Positions 44,022 to 58,174 of a DNA stretch of 64,000 nucleotides are shown piece after piece. The position numbers and the translations under genes were made by a program. The stretch lies in the NCBI GenBank assembly GCA_977018835.1, contig OZ361260.1, positions 2,356,001 to 2,420,000 on the forward strand, written 5' to 3'. The stretch comes from Minutocellus sp. GHC0000111. Its lineage: Eukaryota. The number at the start of each line of letters is the position of its first letter. The first letter of the stretch is position 1. The notes under the pieces were generated by a model that had not been told where the DNA came from, ran no database searches, and was given only the letters and a program-made list of their open reading frames with translations.

Positions 44022-45121
44022 TCAAATGCGATCCGGACAGCCGGTAATCTTCACCCTACCATCTTCCACAGCTTCCTTGACCAGATCGTTGTACTTCTTT
44101 CCGTATGCGGGTGACTGATTGAGAACGGGGCAGCAATGGCAAAGGAAAAGGAACAAAAAAATCAGCAAGAAAAGCCAATGAGGAGAATAACATTCAAAGA
44201 ATACTGGCTCGCAAACCTACCTGGAAATCGTTGTGGAACTGGTGGTATACCTCGGCCTGATAAAAGGGGTACTTGGAAGTATCGTAAACATACACCAGCT
44301 TCTTGCCGAGCGTGTCCGGATCGTTGCCCTTACCCTCCTCCAAGGTCATACCCTTGGCCTTCGCGGCAGCCTCAACCTCGGCGTAATGCGGATTCTTCAC
44401 ACCTCCTGGCAGACCAATGAGAGAACGATATTCTCCTCCTCGATCCATGGGATCCACCCGTTCCCCCTTTGGTGTGAACAGATCAAAGTGCTCCTTGGCG
44501 AAATCACCAATGGACGAATCAGGAATCTTCATGCCAACGACCTCGCCGTGTCCAAGCTTTCCATAATCCGCAATCGACTGAAAGTTGTGATAGCAAACCC
44601 GTCCCTCCTTGTCTGTGCTCTTTCCGCCGGCATATCCGGTAAGAGACGTCAGTTCCTTATCACCACGGCCCAACAATTTCCGTTCGGCCTCCACAAATTC
44701 GTGCTGTGGCATGTTTTGCGTGTTGAGGATTGATAATATGAGAGCGAAGAACATGACAAGTGATAACATACCAGAGAAAACAGCTAAGTAGCTCAGCATA
44801 AATCAACCGAAAACAATGTCATCAAAAACACACCTGAATATGCCAGAAGCAACCAACTCCGAAATACACATCCGTCAGATCACCGCCATCGGCGCTGGCG
44901 GGCTGAGGGGACGCAATAAGTGACGCAACCGGCATACCGAAGGCCAACGAAGCGGCAGTGGCGGCTGAGGCCAGAAAGCCTCGACGACCAGAAGTAGACG
45001 CCTCAGTCGACGCCATCTTTGTGGCGGCGATACCAGAGGGCGACGACTTGGCATTGTATGCCGCCACTGGTGCCGCGCAGGCGGCAAGGAGGGAGAGGAG
45101 AGCGGGTATCTTCTTCGTCAT
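44022..45121 (-). CDS. Peptide methionine sulfoxide reductase A-like protein, plastid (possibly lumen) targeted, 3 exons
   Basis: YFGVGCFW active-site motif, TGYAGG, GHGEVV, DRGGEYRS, FYQAEVYHQ. Introns 44704-44833 and 44115-44220. Signal peptide, then a twin-Arg-like RRGFL and PASA cleavage motif. Confidence 0.85.
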
Positions 45122-45498
45122 CGTCTTGCAATGAGCTGCTTGGACGCTGACGTTCGATTTCAGCACAGCAATTTGTCCGGGTTTATAATATTTTTCGGCG
45201 GTAAAACGGATTTTTCCAAAAGCCTACGACAATGTCCACTCTGCCGAGAAAGCATGGAATGACCGATCCACAGATTGGCGGCAATGGACAATCTGCTTTT
45301 TGACAAAAAAGGATCTTGCGCACAAGGCGCAAAAGCGAACCGACTTGCTCTACTGGATGACCCATCGAGAGGAAGTGACCCCGCCTCAACCAATTTTACT
45401 TTGACAACTCAACTCGTGGGCGAGTAGCAAAGTAGACCTCACAATTCTTTGGCGCCTGGACATCGAGAAAGTAGATTCGTTCTTTCCTCACCGACACC

Positions 45499-47810
45499 AT
45501 GAAGCTCGCCGTCGCTCTATCCTACATCGCTCTCGCGAGCACGCTCAAGGGCATAGTCGTGGATGCGCAGGGACAAATGGTAAAGATGTGGTAAGTTCAT
45601 GAATCTCAACATCACAATTGATATTGCTACGTAGCTAGCAAGATAGTATTCCTACTTTCGTACCATTTATTTCTCCGTTTATTTGTGCGTGTAGCTGCGT
45701 TGTCAAGTTGATCATCTCCATGCATCTATCACAAGCATTTCTCCTGGGGGATTTGTCATGCATCTGTTTGTATTTCGAAGGAATTGAAACGAAAATGATT
45801 CGACCAAAATGCATGTGCTCACATTTGTTTTAGTTATCTTGGCACGCACCAAAACATCCGCAAACTATCTTCAGAGTCTATTCTACGATTCTCCGTCCGG
45901 CCATGCTCGAAGCGATCCCATCATTGATCAACAATGTGCCTCAGGACATGTGCACACATTTTACGGCCCGCAGGAATTCCATCCCAACACAACGTACGAA
46001 GATCTCTTGGCCATATCGCCTCAGTTCAGTACCAGCCCCTTTGTGGAGAACCAGTCTCTGTACTGGCATCCAGCGATATATCGGGTTACTAATACTGGCG
46101 GCATCGAAACTTTCACCAGAGTCAACAACCTGGAGAGTTCGCCCTACTACCGATGGGACAACAGTGTCTTTGATGATAATGCAACTCGAAAGACCGAGGC
46201 ATTCCCACCCCACTTCCGCTACATCGCCGCTAGCAGTGACCCTAGAGCAAACAATGGAGGGGAGACCGGAGAGAACATGTTCACAGAATGCTGCAACATT
46301 GTCAATGGCGAAGAGGACTGCATCTCGTGGAACAGACTGGAATTTCCAACGCAGACCTGTGACTTCTTGGGCATCGCTCTTGGTGAGTTACAAATACATG
46401 TAATAGATTTCGCTTCACATGTTGAATGCCATATTATTCTCAATGCTCTCTAACATCTTATTTCCTCTTCTCATAAATGGATGACTCCATTTTTAGCGGG
46501 GCCCACTCGTTGGAACGGCGATCTCGGCATCACTAATGACCACAAGAATCACATGGCCTACACACTGGATGGAGAAGTTGCGGGGCCTTGCCCTGCATCC
46601 CATCCACGTCGTCTTCCGCAGGTCCAGCTCTTTGTGCGAATCCCTGATTATCAGGGAGGCAGGTATCAGCTATCAGACGGCAACACCGAGTTTCATTTCG
46701 ACTTCTTCAACGGTTGGCAGGAGGGCAAGCTTCAACAAATCATTGACAATTGCATGCCTCAAGAGCAAGAGATCGGCGAATACAACCCCGAGTGGTGAGT
46801 GGCTCTCTCTCTCTGATACAAGGCTATACGTTGATTGTCCTGTCTACATTCGTAATTATGTTGCTCACATGTGTTTTTCTATCGTCTACATGTATAGTGA
46901 TTGTGCCGCTGGTGAGGACGAGCAAACCTTCCTCACCCCCAAGGATGAGTCCCCCGGGGCTGTTTGCGATAACGCCGTTCGTCGTCTAATTCTGAACGAG
47001 GCGACAGACGTAACGGCGAGTCTGCCCCAGGATGCCTGCCAAGGGCCACCTCTTATCCCTAAGTCCTGGGATACGGTGACCTCTGATCTTTATTCCTGCG
47101 AAGTTCCGCCCACGGGAACGCCAGTTACCCCACTGCCTCCCACGCCTTCTCCACCGGTCATTACGCCCGTGCCACCCACGCCTTCTCCACCGGTCAGTAC
47201 ACCTGTACCACCTACCCCTGCACCACCCACGCCGGTCCCTGAGCCTCCCGAGGAAGAAGAGGAGGAATCCCTCGAGCGCTGGATCGTTTGTGGCAGAGGA
47301 GTCGACGATGGGCCGGCATTTTGTGAGGAGGGAGATGTGAATCTTGTGTCAGTAGGTGAAGTCCATGAAGTACGTTGCTGTGTCTACGAAGACGACTTTT
47401 GGGAGGCTTTCGACGAGGACCCTTTTGACGAAGGGTGGAAACAACAGTGCCGCGATGACGAATTTATTGACGTCCTTGGTAAGTCCAAGTTTGAAGGTGA
47501 ATGTTATGAAGAGAACTTCAATACAGCGCGTTTCATTTGTGCTGAGGCCGGTGGTCGTCTTTGCAGTGCAGAAGAGCTTATGAACTCATGCACCAGAGGA
47601 ACCGGCTGTGGGCATGATCATGAGATGATCTGGACCTGTACGGAGGAATATGAGTTCTGCGAGGAGGCCAATGAATGCTGCTCCGGCATTTGTATCGATA
47701 ATGAATGTGAACCCTGGACCTGTACGGAGGAATACGAACCTTGCGATGGTGACAAGGAATGTTGCTCTGGTATTTGTACCGGAGATGGCGAGTGCGAGCC
47801 ATGGCGGTAA
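45499..47810 (+). CDS. Secreted DUF1996-domain protein with Pro/Thr linker and Cys-rich C-terminal modules, 4 exons
   Basis: Signal peptide, RSDPII, HVHTFYG, NQSLYWHP, HKNHMAY, CPASHP.RLP, FHFDFFNGW. Introns about 45580/45591-45874 (boundary uncertain), 46383-46497 and 46795-46897. Confidence 0.85.
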
Positions 47811-47970
47811 ACAGCATTCAACAAAATGCTACGGAAGATATTCATTCATAGCTCGTTCAATACATGATTTTAGAGAAAATAATGCATAGCAGTAGTGACC
47901 ACGTACCAAGAAAAAATACATACTAGCTAGATCTATCTAGCTAGAGTAGTGACCACATACCTTGCTCGAG

Positions 47971-49496
47971 CTACGTCGTAGCGCCCTTTGTCTCCGACCT
48001 TCTCAACGCAATGTCTGCATACTTTTGCCAATCACTGCGATACGCGAGCACGCCGTACAAAATTGCCAACATTACATAACCAATCGCCATTCCCGAGTAC
48101 AACCCGATGAGGTCATCTCTCCAATACTTGGTTAAAAAGTAAACACCAGGGACCTGGCCAAACCAGCTCGCTGCAAATCCATACCAAAACACCTCTGCCG
48201 TTCTCCCCATACTCATCGGAATCTGTTCGATCGCGACAGAAAGATTCATGAAGAACAAAGTGCAGGTGAAAGGAATTGCAGAGGCTTCGAACATATCTAA
48301 GAACTCCTTGTCTTGAGTAAATATCATCCCCAAAAGGCGAATGTTGGTGACTACTAGAAAAGATATTGCCAACAGAATCGACAGAGCCACAGAAAAATCA
48401 CGATCCCCGCCTGCCTGGCACCGGCTGCGTCTCCACCGCCGAGTCGTAAACTCATTTTGATGCCGCCTGCATTTGCAACTGCGCTGACTAGTATCAAAAC
48501 TATCCACATGATGCGGTAGGAAGTATTAAAGACACCAACTTCCAATTCACCCAAATTTGCTGCTATCATGCCGATGACACCCATGCGCCAGAAGTCAGAA
48601 GCAGCTGCTAATGCAGCTGGAAAATATAGACCTGAAAATGTCTTGATCCTCTCGATTGTGATGGAAGATCGGCTCCACCCATCCCAACACTTTTTGTGCA
48701 AGCTTTGGCGATGACATGCAATGTACCCCAGTAGAAACCCCTGGACATAAACAACTGTTGTAGTAACCCATGGGCAGGACACGAATCCAAATCCAGAGAA
48801 GTTTGGTATTGGAATTCCAAGTACAAATATCAACCCAAAGAGCAAGTTGAGCCCCAACGCCGACGACGATGCAATCACTTCTGGGTGCATAATTCTCTGC
48901 GACGAAAAGAACTGGCTCAATTGGCCGTAGGCAATTTGGGCAGGAATACTCACAGCCAGCACAGACGCATAATAGCCGGCATCGGAAGTGATCTCATCCC
49001 CTTGGCCAAGAGCGCGCCAAACATAATTGGTCGATAGCCAACATGCAATTACCGGTATCGACAACAAACTGAGAATGAAGTAGCTGACCTGCAGATAAGC
49101 TCCGGCCAGCTTTGGATTATTGGCTCCCACTGCCTGGCCCACCAACACCCGAAGAATCCTGCCGTTGACCAAGACCCCAGAGCACATCGTCCAGAGATCT
49201 GAAAGCGCGCTAGCTGACAAGGCCTCGGCTCCAACATGGCCCAGCAAAGAAGTATCGGTTGTCTTCATTCCAATCCAAGAAACCATGGCGACGAAAATTG
49301 GGATAGCCAACTTGATTGTGTCCCAGACATCATGAAGAAAAGATTCATGATGGGGCGATTCGGCTTGTGTTGTGGCATCAGATGATCCCATAAGGGCTGT
49401 CGTTTCGGATTGAACCACATCATCTTCAATGTGAGTATCCTTCGGCAACTCGACCACCCCGCCCTCTACGTCGCCGCCTTCGCTGCTACCCTTCAT
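47971..49496 (-). CDS. MATE family efflux transporter, apparent 1-nt deletion
   Basis: KLAIP, LLGHVG..AL, GQAVGA, RLGGGDA..AR, GL..GM motifs and about 12 TM. Frame break at A5 48393-48397. Start uncertain. Confidence 0.87.
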
Positions 49497-50339
49497 CGCA
49501 ACTACTGGTACGTGCTGTTGCTGACCTTGTTTCACCTCGTTCGCGAACCAGCCATGGTGGGAGGCAGAATTTCGTATCTTTCCTAAATCAGCGTCCGTCC
49601 GTCACACAAAATGAAATGAAAAGGCTGGGAGTGCACGGAGGTGGGAGAGGTGCCAGCTCATTGCATGTGCGTCTTTTATACCAAAGTAAGAAGATCAACC
49701 CTTGGATGGAGTAGAGCTGCTCATCGAAATTTCGTTCTTAGGCGTCGATTATTTGATTATGCATTTATTTGTGGGAGTCGACAGGGTTGGTTGCATCACA
49801 TGTAAAATTTCGTTTCTTTCCACCACTGAACCCAGTCGATCGACAAGAAGAATCTGCTCAGTAAATCCATTGCGCCAAAGATGGCATGTTTGAGGAAGAT
49901 CCTGCTATCCCAAGCTGCTATTCTGGCATACTACTGTGATCTAGTTTTGATTGGCTTTCATGTGGGCCTTCATCACCTCCCTCCCTATCTCATAGATTCA
50001 TCTCTCATCGGACTCCGAGGTTGTACTAGTAAAATCCACGTCCAAAATGTGAGCTTGGTAATTACCGAAGAAGCGACAGAAGTACGAGTTATTGAATCAA
50101 ATCAAGGAGAAAGTAAAGATATCAACGCACATATGCTAGTGTCCTCTATAGCATCTTTGGGTGGAAACGATGCTCCTTCGATGGAAGACGATGTGTTTTC
50201 TTTTTTGTGGCCGTCTGAATAGATCTAATTGGGTCTTTTGAGTACCGGTACATTTTTTCATTGTAGTAAGCACTTATTATATATGCCATTTCTTATGAAT
50301 ATTGCTTCCCTGTAGCTTGATTTAGCATAAAAATACAAG

Positions 50340-52097
<1,758 letters not shown>

Positions 52098-52332
52098 TTA
52101 TCTTTGGGGTAAACACGGCAATAAATCAACGCGGACTCAATTCGAGGGCATCTTCTGAATTTGCTCGCATTGTCAGCTAAATTGGTGCTCGTTGTGCCGC
52201 TTCACGGAAGTACGTACAATGTCCGTAGAACTTACGAACGAAAGTTCCCAGCTACTATGGTCAAGGCTCAAGCTCAAGGCGTCAAGCTCCATCATAAGAC
52301 CTACCACAATGACACAATAAGACCATTCCACC

Positions 52333-53155
52333 ATGCCAGTCACACCTCTTATTGTATTCACGTGCACCTACTATCCTAGTGTGATGGATCAGCGCTACAA
52401 ACAGTTTCTCGAAACTCTCGAGGCCGCCCAGAAACACGAGCTGTGCATCGTGGTTATCGCCCAGTGCTGTTCACGATGAGCTGAAACGCGGGAAAGATGG
52501 CATCGTCATTGTCAAACAGACGTATCAGGGAGGCAAGGGTGCCGCATTGCGCGAGGCGGCAGACGTTGCCGCTGCAGGTGGACAAGGGGTTTTTGAGGTT
52601 GGCTCGGACACCTTGCTATGCTGGCAAGAACCCGAGAAGACCGATCAGATTTCACATTGGAAGAAGATTCTGGATGCATTGACAGCGACCGATGATGTAG
52701 TTGTACCTCGTCGGACGACGAAGCTCTTTATGGAGAGTTATCCAATTGAACAATATCACTCGGAAACATACGGAAACCTCTATCTTGATACGGTCATGAA
52801 GGATGCAATCAAACAGAGCGCTGGCAATACCATGAAGTTGCCCGCTGCTGATACACCGACGCCGAGAGGAGTGTCACTCATTGATTGGCACTTTGGACCA
52901 TTTGCGTTCCGTGCCAAGCATGTCAAATTGTGGAGCACATACAAGGGCAACTCATATGATGCACAGCTGATACCGATTGTACATGGCATCCGCCGTGGTC
53001 TGCGTGTGGTGAGCGTAGACGTTGATTTCGTTCTAGATGCGCGAATGAGGGAGCAAGAAGAGAACAATGTAGAGTTTATCGAGAAGAGATTGAATCAACT
53101 CAACGATCTCGATCCCAAGGTGAAGGCAAGTTGGACGAATGATTTTTATTGTTAA
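52333..53155 (+). CDS. GT-A fold (nucleotide-diphospho-sugar transferase-like) protein with a frame break
   Basis: MPVTPLIVFTCTYYP..CIVVI, then in a shifted frame SPSAV..GKGAALREA..CWQEPEKTD..DVVVPRR..SYP..Q..SE..GN..DWHFGP. Break near 52455. No intron. Confidence 0.55.
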
Positions 53156-53278
53156 TCGATTCAATATTGGTAGGCGCAGATTCAAAGTACTAGCAAGCAG
53201 ACCATACTAGTTGCGTCATTAGCACACTTCATATTCATAGATACTTGCAGCTCCACCACATGTACTAGATGCTCCCAT

Positions 53279-54837
53279 TTAATGTATGCTCCCAAGACCA
53301 ATCAGCGTGGAGAACAGAAGAGTAGATAAAACGCTAGCTACCTGTGCAGTGGACGAGGCCGGCGACGAGTCAGACATCACACCCTCCTTTTCCTCGCCCT
53401 TGGATTCATAACCATAAACCTCAAAGAGCTCCTGCTCACTTAGAGTGGTAGCAGCAATGCCCATGGCACCACGCCAGCTACTATTCAGAGCAATTCCTGC
53501 TGGTAGTGCAGCCGATGACTTGGTCAGGAGAGTAAATCCACCATCGAATGGAGCTTTTGGGGTGGTACCATGCTCCAATACCTCATGAATGCCAATATTG
53601 ACAGTTCCTTGATTCTCGGTATACAGGTAGAAAGATCCATCAAGTTTGGTTCCCATCTGCACAACGTCTGCTGGGACGGTCCCTTCTCCGATGGGTGAGG
53701 TGCGAATAAATTCCAGCTCCCCAGACCTGGTGACGGTGCCGATGGAAATGGAATCACTGACAGAGTTGCCGGTATACCAATGGGCGAAGCGATATTCGAT
53801 CCAGCATCCGTCGACGACCTCGATGGGGACTTCATCAATTTTGGAAATTGCCAGGTCTGTAGAATCGCCCTCAGATGTGGAAGAGATGATCTGAAAAGAT
53901 GTTACGGAGCTACGGCAACTAACATCTTCGTCGCATTCAGGAAAGTTCTTGGATTCGCCGGCGATGCTGACAACGAGGACGATCTGGTTGGTCGTACCCT
54001 CTTCCCCAGCCCTCCAGCTGAAGGCGAAGGGGGGGTGTCATCGGGCAAGGAGAAGAACTCAGGTACGCCATAGCTACCACCGTCTACAGGAAAGGACCAG
54101 AATCCTGCTGGCGGAACAGTAAATCCAGCAGCGATTTCCTCCGCGCTGAGGGTGACACTGCCCTTCATAAGCACACCGAGCTGCAGACCATCACCGGAGA
54201 AGAGGATGTTTCCAGGTCCGAATACTGCAGATACGGCATTATCCCGACCTTCCCGAGGAGGAGAGTTGAAGCCAAAGTCATGTACAAAGCTCGGTTCTAG
54301 AGCAAACGCTGCGTCACCTTCTTGGCCATCTTGGGAAGAATCACCGGCTACAATGCCGAAGCACTCAACCATGACGCTGCCAGCGCAATCGGCGGTGCAA
54401 ACCTTGTTCTCAAAGGCAGTGATACTGCATGGATAGATACCTTCGAGGGCCTGGACAGCCTGAAGTGTCAGTTCAAGTGTCGTTGGGTTGACTGATAATA
54501 GGCTGATGGTATTGTCCCCGGCGTTGACGGCGGTGAGGAACTGGGTGCCGTCCCAGAAGTGATACGACAGGGAGTTGGACGACCCCAGATCATCGAGCTT
54601 ATCTGGATCAGTTGGATCAGGGTTCCCAACGCCCCCAGTTTGGTAGGTACCGACATACGACAAACTCCCATCGGGCAGCGATCGGTAACTGGCGATTTCA
54701 TTCTCAGGCATGCGATTCGACATCTGGAACACGCCTTGGACCGGTCGATTTTCCCACAAGGCCGCAGAAGCGTTTCCAGGATACATGGCAAGAGCCAGCA
54801 GGACTGCGCGCGCCGATGGAGACGGGAGGGAGATCAT
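53279..54837 (-). CDS. Secreted lactonase-like 7-bladed beta-propeller, probable GPI anchor, apparent 1-nt deletion
   Basis: Signal peptide, MSN....N.I..Y....DGSL......TGG.G, LGS.NSL, L.AVNAG.NTIS, DGCW. Ser-rich omega region and hydrophobic C-terminal tail. Frame break at G7 54029-54035. Confidence 0.72.
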
Positions 54838-55303
54838 GTTGTTTGTTGTTGTTCGAGTTTATGCTTTGTGGCGGAAGTATGCAACGACCCAACCCTTCAA
54901 TGGCTCTCGGCGCGGGTCTTCTTCGGACTTTTTGGTGCTTGACTGTGCAGACGGTCCGAAAAGTCGCAGACGCACCGGTACGTGCGACAGACGGACGAAT
55001 CCGCTGGCGATTTTCGAATTTTCTTTCGCCCGGCGGCGCCCGGCAGAGAGGGAAAGGAAGGCTGGTGCTCGGCAGGAAACTCCTTGTACCAGTAGATCTA
55101 GTCTGTACACACTTGTTGACAATTATATATAAAACTTTAGACTTATCAAACGACAACTAACAAAGAAAACACATAAGGGTTACCGGTAGCATTCTTTCTT
55201 CGATTAAAGGACAAGAACCATCATTGCATGTCTGCATGTCGAGCTACGTAGCTTCTTTTTACTCTCAGCTTCAAGCCTCCAGTTTCTATGCTGCTGCAGA
55301 TTG

Positions 55304-57834
55304 CTATTGAGTACTTTTCCTCCTTCCCGACAAACCAAGTTTCGTCGACACCCAAGCCGATGCCCTCCAGCTCGTCAAGACTGCACGGACGAACCAAAGG
55401 GCAAGAAGCCTGGCAACCGGTCCATCACCAAAGCTGGCAATGTGTTTCGCGCAGGAGGAAGACGCATTTACCGCCTCAAGGTCGATACAGTTTTCAACGG
55501 CGGCATCCGATGATGTTTCCGAGCTGCTCGAGGATGTGGTTCCGGTCAGGAAGGATTCGTTTAGGGTGCCAGATATCGAAGGGAAGAAGGGAGAGTTAAT
55601 TTCGTTGCTACCAGTGGGGCTGCTCCCACCGCCCGATCGCAGGGGTAGGGAGGGTCGTTGTTGAGAACTGGCTTGTTTCAGGTCTTCGATGACAAAGGCC
55701 GGGCGGCACGAGGCGGCATCCTCGTCCTTGCCAAAGGCTGCGAGGGCAGTCTTCTTGGACACGCCGGTGGGGATGTTGGCCGAGGCCGCGGCTCGCTGCA
55801 TGCGAAGGATGACGGGCATGACCATCACCTCTTGCATCCAAAGGTACACGCCGAGGAGGTGAGACATGATCCGAAAGACCGTGATGAAGAATATTTCCAC
55901 CAAGCCCAGCCCGTACGGGCGGGGCAATCGACCGCCACGGAAGGAGTCTGGATTGACATATGCCTCGTCTCTGCGATAATGACATCCCCCGTGGACCGAA
56001 TAGAACTCCTCGATAACATCGTCGTAGTTGCGCAGCATCTGTTTGGATACGGACGACGTTTCGAAGTTGAGACTCATGGGTCGGGATGCCGCCGCCAGCT
56101 CTTTCCGTTTGGCACCATCGACGACGAGACTTCGAGTGGCATGGTAGTAGGCATCGACGCCACCGGTGGAGATGGCGTGACCGTTCACGCCATCCTCCAC
56201 GAGGTGGCCGGAACAGCCCCCATCGACGATCAGGGGCAGACCCGACGCTGCCGCCTCGAGGGTGACGTTGCCAAAGGTCTCGACCGACGAGGGGAAGAGG
56301 AATACGTCCGACGAGGCGTACGCCACAGCCAGGTCTGGTCCGGACAGCCAGCCCAAACACGTGGTGCGGGGCAGGGCCTTCATCTCGTCCTGATACGGAC
56401 CAGCACCGACGACGAGGGCGTGGAATCGGACACTGCTTCTCTTCTCAGCTGCCAACTTCCGCACGACGTCGGCAAATATATCCGGCCTCTTCTCCGGCAC
56501 CAACCGTCCCAAAAATAGTATGACCACCTCGTCGTCGTCAATTCCCAACCTCCTGCGAAACTCCCAGCTGCGATGCTTCGGGCTGAAGCGTTCGGTATCC
56601 ACCCCTCTGCCCCATATTCTCAACTCCGTAATGCAATCCATCCTCTCTTCCGCCATCAATTTCCGCCTCATGAAGGGCGTCGGCACGTACAGGGCCTGGA
56701 GAAAGTTGTACTGGTGTCGAAAGAAGGCATGGATGATGGGCTGCAGCCAGCTCATGCCGGGGTAGTGGTCCATGTAATCGGCAATGTTGGAATGAAAGGT
56801 GCCCAGCAGGGGGAGGTTGCGGTTCCGGGCGTAGTCGACCACGTGCAGACCGGTGCAGTCGGGGACGGTGATGTGGACGACGGTGGGGTCAAAGTCGTCC
56901 AGCTGGGCGCGGACCGATTTCGAGAGGGAAAATCCCAGGTGGTATTGGGTGGTGGGATTTTCCGGATCGAACAGAAAGGGTATGGGTACGGAATTGTCGA
57001 GGAAGAGGACCCGCCGGTTGGGATGGTCGGCCGACAGGGAGGGGGCGAGGGCGTGCGTGTTGGCCTCGTCGCCGGAGCGGGTGGTGAGGATGCACACGGA
57101 CCCGCCCGACGACAATATCTCCTGCTCGATTTTGCGTATGGTCAGGGTCACTCTGCATTATACAGTTTCATTTTGTGTCATTTCATTTATTGAACCATTT
57201 CAATTTTAGAGATTGAGATTGAGAAGGACGAAGCAGGAAAGAGAAGGGTGAGATAACTGTGTGGGCAGGAGATGGAGACGAGAAACACTTGGCGGGGCGG
57301 TATCGGCAGTTAGTGCAGCAAGTGCAGCAGTGCGCGAAAGCTTTCAGTTCGGGTGCTGAGATACGCCCCCAGAACGAAAAACAATGGCAGCACCAATCGC
57401 AATCCATCAACGAGCTATCTGCAATGAATAAAAAGGGAACACATATCTTGCTGGAACAATCAATGAACAATTGGTGCCATGCGGGTAATTCAAGGTCAGG
57501 TCCTGGCAAAAATTCCCTCACGCAGCTCCTTTTTTCTCCCCGGCCTTTTTCATTTTCGGGGGGACGAGCAGTATAAAATAATATACGGATCCGAAGATAA
57601 TTTTATATTCCGAAAATCGAAACTCCCCCGAAACCATCGGTTGCAGCGTGCTGCTCTCCCCCCCTCGGCGAGGTTGGTTATACTAGGAACTCACCCGTCG
57701 ATGACGTTGTAGCAGGTCGTGTAGATGAGGACCCGCCTCGCGCTTGCGTGGGAGCCGGCGGAGGCGGCACGGGGCCTCTTCCGGCCGGTGGACGCCGGGA
57801 CGGCCTCCGTCGTACCTGCCGCCGACGAGGCCAT
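55304..57834 (-). CDS. GT4 family glycosyltransferase (MgtA/SqdX-like glycolipid synthase type), 2 exons
   Basis: Exon 1 RVLIYTTCYNVIDG joined via intron 57153-57694 to VTLTIRK. WGRGVDTERFSP, LGRLVPEK, VVGAGP, AYASSDVFLFPS..ETFGNVTLEAAASGLP. Confidence 0.88.
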
Positions 57835-58174
57835 CGTTCCTCGAAAAATGACGAGTGGAATTCCTTGGCTGTGGCTCGGCTGGCTCGCACGGGACCATTG
57901 TATTTCTGTGACGTTTTATGTGTCAGAAAAATGGCGCAACCGTAACCGAACCTAACCCGCCCTGACCCCGCCAACCCTCGCGAACTCGCGAAACGCTCCC
58001 ATCTGACTGCTCCCAGCCAGCATCTCGCTCGTTCCATCCTCCAGTTAAATCCGCCGCCGGTCGTCATCCAGAGCACCCAGAGAGTTGAGCCGAGAAGTCG
58101 CCAGGCGCCGAGGCTGATTAGATTTTCATCAATATCCTGCCATTGCTACCCAAAAAAAAGGACACACACAAAAC

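Noticed and set aside
49600..50300. AT-rich intergenic stretch with short ORFs
   Set aside because: No motifs, TIRs or TSD found; cannot support a gene or element.
57153..57694. Unusually long intron with a weak inverted repeat (about 57554-57633) as a snoRNA or MITE host
   Set aside because: Arms are short and interrupted; no box C/D or H/ACA set and no TSD could be supported.
55304..57834. Calling the GT4 gene SQD2
   Set aside because: It lacks the EPSPF N-terminal motif and plastid presequence expected for SQD2; left as generic GT4.
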